The notes under the pieces were generated by a model. That model did not search any database and had not been told where the DNA came from. It saw only the letters and a list, made by a program, of their open reading frames with translations. Shown here in pieces: positions 63,803 to 64,000 of a DNA stretch of 64,000 nucleotides (the stretch's first letter is position 1; the number at the start of each line of letters is the position of its first letter). Position numbers and translations under genes: made by a program. Location of the stretch: contig OX597819.1 in NCBI GenBank assembly GCA_951406725.2, positions 14,012,001 to 14,076,000 of the forward strand, given 5' to 3'. Origin of the DNA: Octopus vulgaris. Its lineage: Eukaryota.

Positions 63803-63838
63803 TTTTCTGATGACGGTTTAATGTCCGAAACGTCAAAG
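63803..63838 (+). ncRNA. Minimal hammerhead motif with loop-less stem III
   Basis: TTTT-CTGATGA-C-GG(TTTAATGT)CC-GAAAC-GTC-AAAG, about 60 bp upstream of a TA/TG tract. Confidence 0.6.
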
Positions 63839-63934
63839 ACTGTTTTTTTTTTCTTTTTCAAACGTTTTATTTTTCTTGTATTTCTTGCTCATTCATCATA
63901 TGTATGTGTGTTTGTATGTATGCGGGTGCGTGTA

Positions 63935-63977
<43 letters not shown>

Positions 63978-64000
63978 GTATGAGTGTATATATATATGCA

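Overview
AT-rich, repeat-saturated eukaryotic DNA. The SINE, Dong/RTE and microsatellite content looks like an octopus (cephalopod) genome; that is an inference from repeat style. No intact protein-coding gene can be supported: the supplied ORFs are microsatellite or SINE artefacts, or decayed retrotransposon pieces. The window holds three tRNA-headed SINE families (A, B, C), a (GAT)n-tailed retro-repeat, non-autonomous Helitrons and a Helentron-like element, hAT- and piggyBac-type MITEs, fragments of Dong/R4, Tx1/L1, CR1 and RTE LINEs, and two 5'-truncated tRNA copies. The most notable signal is a set of small non-coding elements, mostly sitting inside (TA)n tracts and often folded back as inverted repeats, that carry minimal type I hammerhead ribozyme motifs of the Penelope pseudo-LTR kind. 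Two are canonical (43901-43961 and 57405-57487). Several are recurrent variants with an extra base after A9 and a loop-less ACGU stem III. CpG content also appears mosaic, with promoter-like sequence at two of the boundaries. All coordinates and folds were read by eye and none were computed.
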